DNA from: Escherichia coli
Lineage (GTDB): Bacteria > Pseudomonadota > Gammaproteobacteria > Enterobacterales > Enterobacteriaceae
Assembly (NCBI RefSeq): GCF_003334765.1
Contig: NZ_QOWT01000001.1
Strand: one strand, 5' to 3'
DNA: 64,000 bases
Part shown: piece after piece, positions 42,456 to 52,257 of the stretch
How positions within the stretch are numbered: the first letter of the stretch is position 1
Layout of the letters: each line of letters begins with the position of its first letter
Program-made: the position numbers and the translations under genes
The notes under the pieces: model-generated
Seen by the model: only the letters and a program-made list of their open reading frames with translations
What the model was told of the DNA's origin: nothing
Database searches by the model: none

Positions 42456-43277
42456 TTATTTTTGCGACAGTTGATCCAGCTTGTCGCGAAAACCGGTAAC
42501 AGAAATGGCCCGGTTATCGGCGCGCCAGCGATCTTTCGCGGCAGGAGCCGAACTTTGCACCCCAATTAATTGCCAGCCGTCATCGGTATGCAACATCAGA
42601 GGCGAACCGCTGTCACCCGGCAAGGTATCGCACTGATGTGACATCACCGACGTTTGCGCCCAGCCAGTCACTTCACAGTTTTGATGACTGTACAACGTAT
42701 CGAGATGATCTTCAGGGTAGCCTGCCTGAGTCACTTTACGACCTGCCGCTTTTAATGCGGCGGTAAGCGCGGCTTTATCTCCCTCAAATAACGGCAACGG
42801 CGTAATGCCAGAAGGGGGATTACGTAGCACAATCAATCCGAAGTCCCACGGCGCGGCTGCGGGAGGTACAATCCAACCATCCCCATCTGCTTTTAACCGC
42901 TTTCCCAGTGTCGGATCAACGCGGCCTTCTATGTCGTGGATCTCATAGCGCCAAAGACCTTTATTTGACACAAAACGCAGCGCCACTGCTTTATCGGCTT
43001 TACCCTTTGGAGGTGTCAATAAACAGTGTCCTGCCGTTAATGCCAGATTGGGTGCAATCAGCGTCGCCGTACATAAATTGCCGCTGGCCGTTTCCAGTTG
43101 CCCAACCGCATCCCACGGTGATTGGGTCGTGTCATTCACTGGCACACGATCATCATGACCAAAAAACAGGGTGCTGACCTCATCGTTTGCCGATCTGGCA
43201 ACGTCTGGTTTATCTGCAAACACAAAAGCAGACGTCAAACTAATTGCACCCAACACTACAGCAATGGTTGTACGCAT
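42456..43277 (-). CDS. ydgD: secreted trypsin-like serine protease (S1 family)
   Basis: 273 aa, signal peptide, catalytic-triad motifs TAGHC and GDSGSPL. Confidence 0.9.
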
Positions 43278-43376
43278 ATCACACTCTGGTGGGTAATTAT
43301 GATTATTAAAAGCAAACCCTCATAAATACTATAGACGGGACGGGATGAAAGTGGGAGTAAAATCAGATAACTACAA

Positions 43377-43460
43377 TCAGGAAAGATAAAAACGGGCGGC
43401 AATCAGTGCGCATAAAATAAGGATGATCAGAATGAACTCAAAGCGATAACGGCCCACCAT
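43377..43460 (-). CDS. ydgU: small hydrophobic protein YdgU (27 aa)
   Basis: Hand-translated from the minus strand: MVGRYRFEFILIILILCALIAARFYLS; not in the supplied ORF track because of its size. Confidence 0.6.
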   Translation of the reverse strand: MVGRYRFEFILIILILCALIAARFYLS

Positions 43461-43552
43461 ACTACCCTCCGCTAAAGGCGGTGCTAAACGTTACCCGCTT
43501 AGCACCGTAATTTTCAGGCGCGAGGGGGCGCGCCAGCATTACTGTTGAAAAC

Positions 43553-43861
43553 TTACGCTGCGGGTTGTGCAGCAGGTTTTGCCGGTTGCTGATGGCTGTG
43601 TTTCTTGGCGTGTTTCTTCGCTGCCTGCGCTTTTTGTTCAGGGGCTTTCTGTTCAGCTTTCGTATTTTTATGATGCTTTTTAGCCGCCTGCGCTTTCTGG
43701 GCAGGTGCTGCTTTATGCTGTTTTTTATGATGTGTAGTTTTCGCCGGCGCTGCTTTGGTGGTCGTCGCAGTCGGAGCAGGTGTGGTCGTAGTCTCTGCAG
43801 CAAAGGCGGCAGAAGACAGACCCATAGCAGCGGCAACAACCAGAGCTAATACTTTTTTCAT
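43553..43861 (-). CDS. asr: acid shock protein Asr
   Basis: ORF track gives 111 aa; trimmed to [21 protein letters not shown]... (102 aa); signal peptide then Lys/Ala/His/Gln-rich repeats. Confidence 0.88.
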   Translation of the reverse strand: MKKVLALVVAAAMGLSSAAFAAETTTTPAPTATTTKAAPAKTTHHKKQHKAAPAQKAQAAKKHHKNTKAEQKAPEQKAQAAKKHAKKHSHQQPAKPAAQPAA

Positions 43862-44284
43862 TGTCATACCCTCAATTTGTTTTTTCATTTAACCCCACTG
43901 CGGGGCCGTTGAAATAACTATATCCCTGGGAATGGCAGACTTCCGTGAGTGGTTGGTTTCAGCGTGTAACGATATGTACAAACGCTGAATAAATTACAGC
44001 GTTGATAATAACGTATTGTGACTTAAGGGAAATTTAGCTACCAATAATAGTAGTCTTGATCGGGTTAACTATTTTACTACTTACAAAGCAGTAGAATAAC
44101 TGCGCATCAGTAATAAATGACACACAGCAAAATGAATCCGTTTATTTGGGTACTTATAATCCTGATGACGCTAGACGCGCTGCGGGAATTGGCTGGCGCT
44201 TCGTCTATTTTAGGATGGCTATTAACGTTGGTTTGAGCTGGCAATAAGTCCGGACGGGTATTTACCGCAGTCCGGACTTATTTT

Positions 44285-45538
44285 TCAGGCGTGCAGACGA
44301 CGATGCAAACGCGTCCCGACCAGCAGAGCAATGACCAGCATCAGAGCAATAAATGCGCCGACGCCGTTCCAGCCATAGTTATGCCAGAAAACACCACCCA
44401 GCGTCCCGGCAATACTCGACCCCAGATAGTAACTGAACAGATACAGCGAGGAGGCCTGGCCTTTAGCGCGTTTTGCGCGGGGGCCGATCCAGCTGCTGGC
44501 TACTGAGTGGGCTGCGAAGAATCCTGCTGAGAAGAGTAACATTCCGGCAAAGATCAGCCACAGCGAGCTGAATAAGGTCATCAGTAAACCAAACAGCATA
44601 ACCCCCGTCGAAAACAACATCACTGGACCACGCCCATAGCGGGTGGTCATGGTTCCGGCTTTGGGTGAGCTCCATGTACCGGTCAAATAAGCCAGCGATA
44701 ATAAGCCAACCACGGCCTGACTGACATGCCAGGGGGAGAGCATCAACCGATAGCCGATGTAATTAAACAGCGTGACGAACGACCCCATCAGCAAAAAGCC
44801 TTCTGCGAACAATAACGGTAATCCCCGGTCACGCCAGTGCAGACGAAAGTTGATAAACAACGTCTTAGGGCGCAGCGAAGTCGGGCGAAAATGGCGTGAT
44901 TCAGGGAGGATTTTCCAGAACATCAACGCCGAGGCCAGCGCGAAACAACCGATTGCCGCCAGAGCAATTCGCCAGTTGAAAAAGTCCGTGAAGACACCGC
45001 TAATTAAGCGTCCGCTCATGCCGCCAATTGAGTTGCCGCTGATATACAACCCCATTGAAAAGGCCACGAAACTGGGATGGATTTCCTCGCTAAGATAAGT
45101 CATGCCAACAGCTGCCACGCCACTTAACGAAAGCCCAATCAAGGCGCGCATAATCAAAATGCCGTGCCAGCTGGTCATCATTGTCGAAAGTAACGTACAA
45201 ATGGAGGCCAACAGTAGCGCCGTGACCATCACTGGTTTGCGACCAATGGCATCGGATAGCGGGCCAGTAAACAGCAAACCAATAGCCAACATCGCCGTGG
45301 AAATGGACAGTGAAATACTACTGTTCGCGGGGGTTAAGCCAAACTCCTGCGAAAGCACCGGAAGGATAGGCTGCACACAATAGAGAAGTGCAAATGTTGC
45401 CAGTCCGGCAGAGAACAGCGCCAGGGTGACGCGCATAAATTGCGGCGTACCGCGTTTAATAAATTGATTTGGCTGAGAAATGCTTTGCTTGTCAGTGTCG
45501 CTTGCCGGAGCGCCATCAACAGTTGTAGTACGGCTCAC
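44285..45538 (-). CDS. ynfM: MFS transporter YnfM
   Basis: 417 aa, 12 TM segments, MFS motif GPLSDAIGRKP. Confidence 0.88.
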   Translation of the reverse strand: MSRTTTVDGAPASDTDKQSISQPNQFIKRGTPQFMRVTLALFSAGLATFALLYCVQPILPVLSQEFGLTPANSSISLSISTAMLAIGLLFTGPLSDAIGRKPVMVTALLLASICTLLSTMMTSWHGILIMRALIGLSLSGVAAVGMTYLSEEIHPSFVAFSMGLYISGNSIGGMSGRLISGVFTDFFNWRIALAAIGCFALASALMFWKILPESRHFRPTSLRPKTLFINFRLHWRDRGLPLLFAEGFLLMGSFVTLFNYIGYRLMLSPWHVSQAVVGLLSLAYLTGTWSSPKAGTMTTRYGRGPVMLFSTGVMLFGLLMTLFSSLWLIFAGMLLFSAGFFAAHSVASSWIGPRAKRAKGQASSLYLFSYYLGSSIAGTLGGVFWHNYGWNGVGAFIALMLVIALLVGTRLHRRLHA

Positions 45539-45644
45539 TTGAAATCCTTGCTAAATATGCCTGTAGATCAGGCTTATACATAGGGTAGGAAAATCGAATT
45601 GTTCTGTCTAATATATTAATAATCTCAAATAAGATGTTTTAAAT

Positions 45645-46538
45645 ATGAATATTGAACTTCGTCATCTGCGTTACTTTGTTGCTGTTGCGGAAGAGCTGCA
45701 TTTCGGGCGCGCCGCTGCCCGCCTGAATATTTCGCAACCGCCGCTAAGTCAGCAGATTCAGGCGCTGGAGCAACAAATTGGTGCCCGACTGCTGGCACGA
45801 ACCAATCGCAGTGTATTGCTGACGGCAGCAGGAAAACAGTTTCTTGCAGATAGTCGGCAAATCCTGTCTATGGTGGATGACGCTGCCGCTCGCGCTGAAA
45901 GGCTGCATCAGGGTGAAGCGGGGGAGTTGCGCATTGGTTTTACTTCGTCGGCTCCTTTTATTCGGGCGGTGTCCGATACGTTATCGCTGTTTCGCCGTGA
46001 TTATCCTGATGTCCATTTACAAACCCGCGAAATGAACACTCGCGAGCAAATCGCTCCGCTCATTGAAGGAACGCTGGATATGGGATTGCTGCGTAACACA
46101 GCGTTACCGGAGTCGCTTGAACACGCAGTCATCGTCCATGAACCGCTTATGGCGATGATCCCGCACGATCATCCCCTGGCAAATAACCCGAATGTAACGC
46201 TGGCTGAACTGGCGAAAGAACCCTTTGTCTTTTTTGATCCGCACGTCGGGACAGGGCTGTATGACGATATTCTCGGGCTGATGCGACGTTACCATTTGAC
46301 GCCCGTCATCACTCAGGAGGTGGGCGAGGCAATGACCATCATCGGTCTGGTTTCCGCCGGTCTGGGTGTTTCAATTTTGCCTGCGTCATTTAAACGTGTT
46401 CAGCTCAACGAAATGCGCTGGGTGCCGATTGCTGAAGAGGATGCGGTTTCTGAAATGTGGTTGGTCTGGCCGAAACATCATGAACAAAGTCCGGCTGCGC
46501 GTAACTTTCGTATTCATCTGCTGAATGCTCTCAGGTGA
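45645..46538 (+). CDS. ynfL: LysR-family transcriptional regulator
   Basis: 297 aa, N-terminal HTH MNIELRHLRYFVAVAEELHFGRAAARLNISQPPLSQQIQALE; divergent from ynfM. Confidence 0.88.
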   Translation: MNIELRHLRYFVAVAEELHFGRAAARLNISQPPLSQQIQALEQQIGARLLARTNRSVLLTAAGKQFLADSRQILSMVDDAAARAERLHQGEAGELRIGFTSSAPFIRAVSDTLSLFRRDYPDVHLQTREMNTREQIAPLIEGTLDMGLLRNTALPESLEHAVIVHEPLMAMIPHDHPLANNPNVTLAELAKEPFVFFDPHVGTGLYDDILGLMRRYHLTPVITQEVGEAMTIIGLVSAGLGVSILPASFKRVQLNEMRWVPIAEEDAVSEMWLVWPKHHEQSPAARNFRIHLLNALR

Positions 46539-46672
46539 GGGAAATTTCAGCGAAAAAGCCCGAAAAATGTGCTGTTAATCACATGCCTAAGTAAAAATTT
46601 GACGACACGTATTGAAGTGCTTCACCATAGCCTACAGATTATTTCGGAGCGCGAAAATATAGGGAGTATGCG

Positions 46673-47893
46673 GTGGTTGCTGAAAACCAGCCTGGGCACA
46701 TTGATCAAATAAAGCAGACCAACGCGGGCGCGGTTTATCGCCTGATTGATCAGCTTGGTCCAGTCTCGCGTATCGATCTTTCCCGTCTGGCGCAACTGGC
46801 TCCTGCCAGTATCACTAAAATTGTCCGTGAGATGCTCGAAGCACACCTGGTGCAAGAGCTGGAAATCAAAGAAGCGGGGAACCGTGGCCGTCCGGCGGTG
46901 GGGCTGGTGGTTGAAACTGAAGCCTGGCACTATCTTTCTCTGCGCATTAGTCGCGGGGAGATTTTCCTTGCTCTGCGCGATCTGAGCAGCAAACTGGTGG
47001 TGGAAGAGTCGCAGGAACTGGCGTTAAAAGATGACTTGCCATTGCTGGATCGTATTATTTCCCATATCGATCAGTTTTTTATCCGCCACCAGAAAAAACT
47101 TGAGCGTCTAACTTCGATTGCCATAACCTTGCCGGGAATTATTGATACGGAAAATGGTATTGTACATCGCATGCCGTTCTACGAGGATGTAAAAGAGATG
47201 CCGCTCGGCGAGGCGCTGGAGCAGCATACCGGCGTTCCGGTTTATATTCAGCATGATATCAGCGCATGGACGATGGCAGAGGCCTTGTTTGGTGCCTCAC
47301 GCGGGGCGCGCGATGTGATTCAGGTGGTTATCGATCACAACGTGGGGGCGGGCGTCATTACCGATGGTCATCTGCTACACGCAGGCAGCAGTAGTCTCGT
47401 GGAAATAGGCCACACACAGGTCGACCCGTATGGGAAACGCTGTTATTGCGGGAATCACGGCTGCCTCGAAACCATCGCCAGCGTGGACAGTATTCTTGAG
47501 CTGGCACAGCTGCGTCTTAATCAATCCATGAGCTCGATGTTACATGGACAACCGTTAACCGTGGACTCATTGTGTCAGGCGGCATTGCGCGGCGATCTAC
47601 TGGCAAAAGACATCATTACCGGGGTGGGCGCGCATGTCGGGCGCATTCTTGCCATCATGGTGAATTTATTTAACCCACAAAAAATACTGATTGGCTCACC
47701 GTTAAGTAAAGCGGCAGATATCCTCTTCCCGGTCATCTCAGACAGCATCCGTCAGCAGGCCCTTCCTGCGTATAGTCAGCACATCAGCGTTGAGAGTACT
47801 CAGTTTTCTAACCAGGGCACGATGGCAGGCGCTGCACTGGTAAAAGACGCGATGTATAACGGTTCTTTGTTGATTCGTCTGTTGCAGGGTTAA
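46673..47893 (+). CDS. mlc: ROK-family global repressor Mlc (DgsA)
   Basis: 406 aa, GTG start; zinc motif CYCGNHGCLE and ROK sugar-kinase-like fold. Confidence 0.92.
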   Translation: MVAENQPGHIDQIKQTNAGAVYRLIDQLGPVSRIDLSRLAQLAPASITKIVREMLEAHLVQELEIKEAGNRGRPAVGLVVETEAWHYLSLRISRGEIFLALRDLSSKLVVEESQELALKDDLPLLDRIISHIDQFFIRHQKKLERLTSIAITLPGIIDTENGIVHRMPFYEDVKEMPLGEALEQHTGVPVYIQHDISAWTMAEALFGASRGARDVIQVVIDHNVGAGVITDGHLLHAGSSSLVEIGHTQVDPYGKRCYCGNHGCLETIASVDSILELAQLRLNQSMSSMLHGQPLTVDSLCQAALRGDLLAKDIITGVGAHVGRILAIMVNLFNPQKILIGSPLSKAADILFPVISDSIRQQALPAYSQHISVESTQFSNQGTMAGAALVKDAMYNGSLLIRLLQG

Positions 47894-48017
47894 CATTTTT
47901 TAACTGTTCTACCAAAATTTGCGCTATCTCAATTTGGGCCAGGAAAGCATAACTTAGACTTTCAAGGTTAATTATTTTCCTGGTTTATATTTGTGAAGCA
48001 TAACGGTGGAGTTAGTG

Positions 48018-48713
48018 ATGCTGAAGCGTTTCTTTATTACCGGTACAGACACTTCTGTAGGGAAAACGGTGGTTTCCCGCGCATTGCTACAAGCGTTAGC
48101 CTCCCAGGGAAAAACGGTTGCGGGATATAAACCCGTAGCGAAGGGGAGCAAAGAGACACCCGAAGGGCTGCGTAATAAAGATGCCCTGGTGTTGCAGAGT
48201 GTTTCAACCATCGAACTGCCTTATGAAGCAGTTAATCCTATCGCGTTAAGCGAAGAAGAAAGTAGCGTGGCGCACAGTTGCCCAATCAATTACACCCTCA
48301 TTTCAAACGGCCTGGCAAACCTGACCGAAAAAGTCGATCATGTCGTGGTAGAAGGGACTGGCGGCTGGCGCAGTCTGATGAATGATTTGCGTCCACTCTC
48401 TGAATGGGTAGTGCAGGAACAACTGCCGGTGTTGATGGTTGTCGGTATTCAGGAAGGTTGCATTAACCATGCACTGCTAACAGCTCAGGCGATCGCCAAC
48501 GACGGGCTGCCGCTCATTGGCTGGGTGGCTAACCGAATCAACCCAGGACTGGCGCATTATGCGGAAATCATTGATGTGCTGGGTAAAAAACTTCCGGCAC
48601 CGCTCATTGGTGAACTGCCTTATCTGCCGCGCGCCGAACAGCGTGAACTGGGGCAATACATCCGCTTAGCTATGCTGCGCAGTGTGCTGGCGGTAGATAG
48701 AGTCACGGTGTAA
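48018..48713 (+). CDS. ynfK: dethiobiotin synthetase paralogue (BioD-like)
   Basis: ORF track gives 235 aa; trimmed to [26 protein letters not shown]... (231 aa); P-loop GTDTSVGKT. Confidence 0.88.
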
Positions 48714-49922
48714 CGTCCGCGAAATTACCGACGCAATTACGCAGGCAATCAATAAACCGGGGAGTAGCTGATACTCCCCGGTCATTTCACATATCATCAA
48801 CGTCGACATAATCGGCGCGTGCGTGGTCGCCGCCAACAGTGTCGCCATCCCGGTCAATCCGAGTAAAAGTGTAATTTCTTCGCCATCAGGGAACCATAAT
48901 CCCAGGCTACGACCATACAACATGCCAATGGCAAGACCGATAAATAGCGTCGGTGTAAAGACCCCACCGGGTGCGCCGGAACCGCTACTCGCCAGCACGG
49001 CACACAGTTTACAAAGGAAGATCCCGGCAATGATCATTAACAGTGGTGGGGCGGTTAAAAAGGATTGTACGGTGCTATAGCCGTTGCCCCACACTGCAGG
49101 TGTGAACAGGGAAAGCAGACCCACGATCAACCCGCCTAGTGCCAGTTGCCAGGGCGGCGCAAGTTTGAGACTCACAAATCCACGATGACAGGCGTTCATT
49201 AACGTTAACAACAGTGGTCCGCACAGACCTGCCAGCACACCTGTACTGATAATCAGCGCATAGTCACGAGCCTGAACCGTCACTGAGAGTTGTACGTTGT
49301 AGAGTAACGCGTCGCTATGATTAATCAGATTGCTAACCAGCAATGCCACGACGGCGGAAATAATCACCGGGCCGAGAGAGGCCAACATCATAGTGCCAAA
49401 CAGCACTTCGGCTATAAATAAACTGCCAGCAAGCGGGGCACGATAGGCCGCAGCCATTCCCGCCGCGGCCCCACAGGCGATCCATAATTTCCACTCCTGG
49501 CGTGGCGTAAAACGTTGGGCAAAACAGGAGGCGGCAAGGGCAGCTAAAAGAATCATCGCACCTTCGCGACCAATTGCACTGCCGCTGGTTACTACCAGCA
49601 GAGAGGCAAGCGATTTAACCAGGCTTGCTGCGTAATCGAACTGTCCATCGGTTTGCAACGCTTCCATATAATCGGTCGGCGCATGAGGGCGTTGTTGGGT
49701 AAATTTCTGCCAGCCCATCAGCAACAAACCCGCCGCCAGTCCGCCGAGCGCCGGAGTTAGCAACCGTCGCCAGGGGGAAAGGTTTGTCGCTGCATTGACC
49801 AGACTGCCGGAGTCATTATTGAGGAACAACCACTCCAGTAGCAGCATCGCATGACGAAACCCGGCAACGGCAAAGGCCGCGAGAATACCGACGACTGTTG
49901 CGATAAGCAGACGGCGGAACAT
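48666..49922 (-). CDS. clcB: CLC-family voltage-gated chloride channel/antiporter ClcB
   Basis: ORF track gives 438 aa; trimmed to [26 protein letters not shown]... (418 aa); motifs GSGAPGG and GREGA. Confidence 0.9.
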   Translation of the reverse strand: MFRRLLIATVVGILAAFAVAGFRHAMLLLEWLFLNNDSGSLVNAATNLSPWRRLLTPALGGLAAGLLLMGWQKFTQQRPHAPTDYMEALQTDGQFDYAASLVKSLASLLVVTSGSAIGREGAMILLAALAASCFAQRFTPRQEWKLWIACGAAAGMAAAYRAPLAGSLFIAEVLFGTMMLASLGPVIISAVVALLVSNLINHSDALLYNVQLSVTVQARDYALIISTGVLAGLCGPLLLTLMNACHRGFVSLKLAPPWQLALGGLIVGLLSLFTPAVWGNGYSTVQSFLTAPPLLMIIAGIFLCKLCAVLASSGSGAPGGVFTPTLFIGLAIGMLYGRSLGLWFPDGEEITLLLGLTGMATLLAATTHAPIMSTLMICEMTGEYQLLPGLLIACVIASVISRTLHRDSIYRQHTAQHS

Positions 49923-50116
49923 AGTGCGCAGATCCGGATAGATGTGTAGATGATGCATGAGCAGAAATGGGCAATGAAACACGGGCGACTATTTTGCGGC
50001 AAAAGAGGCCAGCCGCAAAAGCAGTGCGTGCTTTAAGAGATAAAAAAACGTGACACTGTAACCTATTATTGCCGGATTGCGCGTAATCGTCACCATCCGG
50101 CAATATTACGGTGATC

Positions 50117-50731
50117 CTATCGAAACAGCGGTTTAACCGCGACAGGAATTAACAGTTGTGATTGCCATTGCGCCAGCGTTAAGCGAGCCAGTTCACCCAG
50201 TGCACGGTAGAAAGGGTGTTCTGCTTTTTCGATAAAAACATCAAGAAAACGTGTTGACCACGGAAAAAGGTGCCATGCCAGCAATTCTTCGCATTCTGTC
50301 TGGCGACCATTCTCCGCCAACCACGCAGCCATCAACAGCAGTGAACCAAAATGATCTTCCGGTTCGTTTTGCTTCATTTCAAACTGAATGCCTTTCTCGC
50401 GCATCCACTGACGAAGTGCCAATGTTGAATCGCCAAACAGCACAGATTCGCGATCCAGCCAGACCGACCCCCACGGCGGAGACGGCAGTGCCCACGGGCC
50501 GACAAACAAACGCTGCCAGGCCTGGGCGTGAGTCTCTTCACACTGTGTCTGAAAAGCCGTCACCAGCGGCGCTAATGACGCTTCTGGTAGAGGCCACTGA
50601 GTTTCCCAGCCGTCACTGGTGAGTACCGCAACCAGAGGTGCGGCTTCCGCACTCTCTGGAGCGTAATAAAACAGCGCGCCCAACACGCGCGCCGCGACAG
50701 AAAAATTATCTTGCTGTGAAAAATGGGTCAT
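50117..50731 (-). CDS. dmsD: Tat proofreading chaperone DmsD
   Basis: ORF track gives 207 aa; trimmed to MTHFSQQDNFSVAARVLGALFYYAPES... (204 aa); TorD/DmsD family. Confidence 0.9.
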   Translation of the reverse strand: MTHFSQQDNFSVAARVLGALFYYAPESAEAAPLVAVLTSDGWETQWPLPEASLAPLVTAFQTQCEETHAQAWQRLFVGPWALPSPPWGSVWLDRESVLFGDSTLALRQWMREKGIQFEMKQNEPEDHFGSLLLMAAWLAENGRQTECEELLAWHLFPWSTRFLDVFIEKAEHPFYRALGELARLTLAQWQSQLLIPVAVKPLFR

Positions 50732-50773
50732 TCCTAACATCCTGAAATGTGCGGGTTGCCCCGCACCAATTTG

Positions 50774-51628
50774 TTAACCTGCAATAGCCATTCCTACTGT
50801 CATGTGCAGGCCATAAAAGAGCACACGCCCGATCATCTCACCGCCAAGTATGAGGATTAGCCCCAGAATAAGTCCGGCAACGTGAGGTTCACGGCGACGA
50901 ATGAGCGGGCAAAGCCAGCATCCAAGACCTGCGCATAACAATACCACACGCCAGACCTGTAAGGAGGCGTAATCTGGTACCAGTGCGCTGGCTTGTTGCA
51001 CGGATGAGTGAATAGACGCCAGAGACAAACCTTGCAGCACAATCACCCCGGCACAAGCGATCAGCGCCAGAACGCTAATGATGGCAAATGGTGTGGTATT
51101 AAATGTAACGCGAGCTGCCCGCAGAATTGCGGCAGCAAGTATTGGACCGCTCAACAATACCGTCAGGAAGAAAGCCAGCGTAGTGTAACCGTTATGCCAG
51201 GTTGGCACGGTGTCGATTTGATACACGCAGGTCATCATCCAGACGAAAATGACGCCGAGCGCCATGCTGAAAAGTAACCAGAGTTTCCCCAACGCTTGCG
51301 GCATTTTACCGATGACTGCCACCAGCCACCATAATCCGCCAACGGCAAAAAATATGGAACCGGCAGCAATCTCGTTACTCAGACCAGAAGCTCCGATTCG
51401 ATTCAGCGAGTTAAACGCCCGCAGTGGCGATCCCAGGTGCATGACAGAGGCAATAAACCCGACGCCCATCAACAGCCAGAGGAAAAACATGCCACGGACA
51501 ATACGCTGACGGTCTGCGTCATTTTTGGCGGCGAACCAGCCAATTCCGCTAACAATCAGCGCGCCTACTACGCATTGACCCAATACGGTAAAGATAACCA
51601 GTGGCCACTCATGCCATCCATTTCCCAT
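50774..51628 (-). CDS. ynfH: DmsC-type membrane anchor subunit of S-/N-oxide reductase
   Basis: ORF track gives 364 aa; trimmed to MGNGWHEWPLVIFTVLGQCVVGALIVSG... (284 aa), 8 TM segments. Confidence 0.88.
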   Translation of the reverse strand: MGNGWHEWPLVIFTVLGQCVVGALIVSGIGWFAAKNDADRQRIVRGMFFLWLLMGVGFIASVMHLGSPLRAFNSLNRIGASGLSNEIAAGSIFFAVGGLWWLVAVIGKMPQALGKLWLLFSMALGVIFVWMMTCVYQIDTVPTWHNGYTTLAFFLTVLLSGPILAAAILRAARVTFNTTPFAIISVLALIACAGVIVLQGLSLASIHSSVQQASALVPDYASLQVWRVVLLCAGLGCWLCPLIRRREPHVAGLILGLILILGGEMIGRVLFYGLHMTVGMAIAG

Positions 51629-51629
51629 T

Positions 51630-52247
51630 TTACACTTCCTCCGGATTAGCCAGATAACCAGTGGTATCGCCGGTCGGGCGGCTGTTGGCGTTAGGTTTGA
51701 TAACGATATTGGGTTTTGTGAAATGCGCGCGCGGCAGTGGCGCGACGGCAGCAAGAGTGCCGTGCTTCTGGCGCAGCTCTTCAATTGGACCGAACTCAAG
51801 TGCACGCAGCGGGCAGGATTCGACACATATGGGTTGTTTCCCCTCGGCGACGCGCGAATAACAACCATCGCACTTCGTCATGTGCCCTTTTTCAGCATTG
51901 TACTGTGGCGCGCCGTACGGACAAGCCATGTGGCAGTAGCGGCAGCCGATACAAACATCTTCATCAACCACCACAAAGCCATCTTCACGCTTATGCATTG
52001 CGCCGCTGGGGCAGACTTTTGTACATGCGGGGTCATCGCAATGGTTACAGGAGATGGAGAGATAATAAGCGAACACGTTCTGGTGCCAGACGCCATTATC
52101 TTCCTGCCAGTCGCCGCCAGCGTATTCATAAATACGGCGGAAACTGACTTCCGGGCCAAGATCTTTAAAATCTTTGCACGCCAGTTCGCAGGTTTTACAG
52201 CCAGTACAGCGGCTGGAATCGATAAAAAATCCATATTGTGTGGTCAT
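51630..52247 (-). CDS. ynfG: DmsB-type 4x[4Fe-4S] ferredoxin subunit
   Basis: 205 aa, four Cys clusters (CTGCKTCELACKD, CNHCDDPACTKVCP, CIGCRYCHMACP, CDGCYSRV...CVESCP). Confidence 0.92.
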   Translation of the reverse strand: MTTQYGFFIDSSRCTGCKTCELACKDFKDLGPEVSFRRIYEYAGGDWQEDNGVWHQNVFAYYLSISCNHCDDPACTKVCPSGAMHKREDGFVVVDEDVCIGCRYCHMACPYGAPQYNAEKGHMTKCDGCYSRVAEGKQPICVESCPLRALEFGPIEELRQKHGTLAAVAPLPRAHFTKPNIVIKPNANSRPTGDTTGYLANPEEV

Positions 52248-52257
52248 GGGCTACTCC

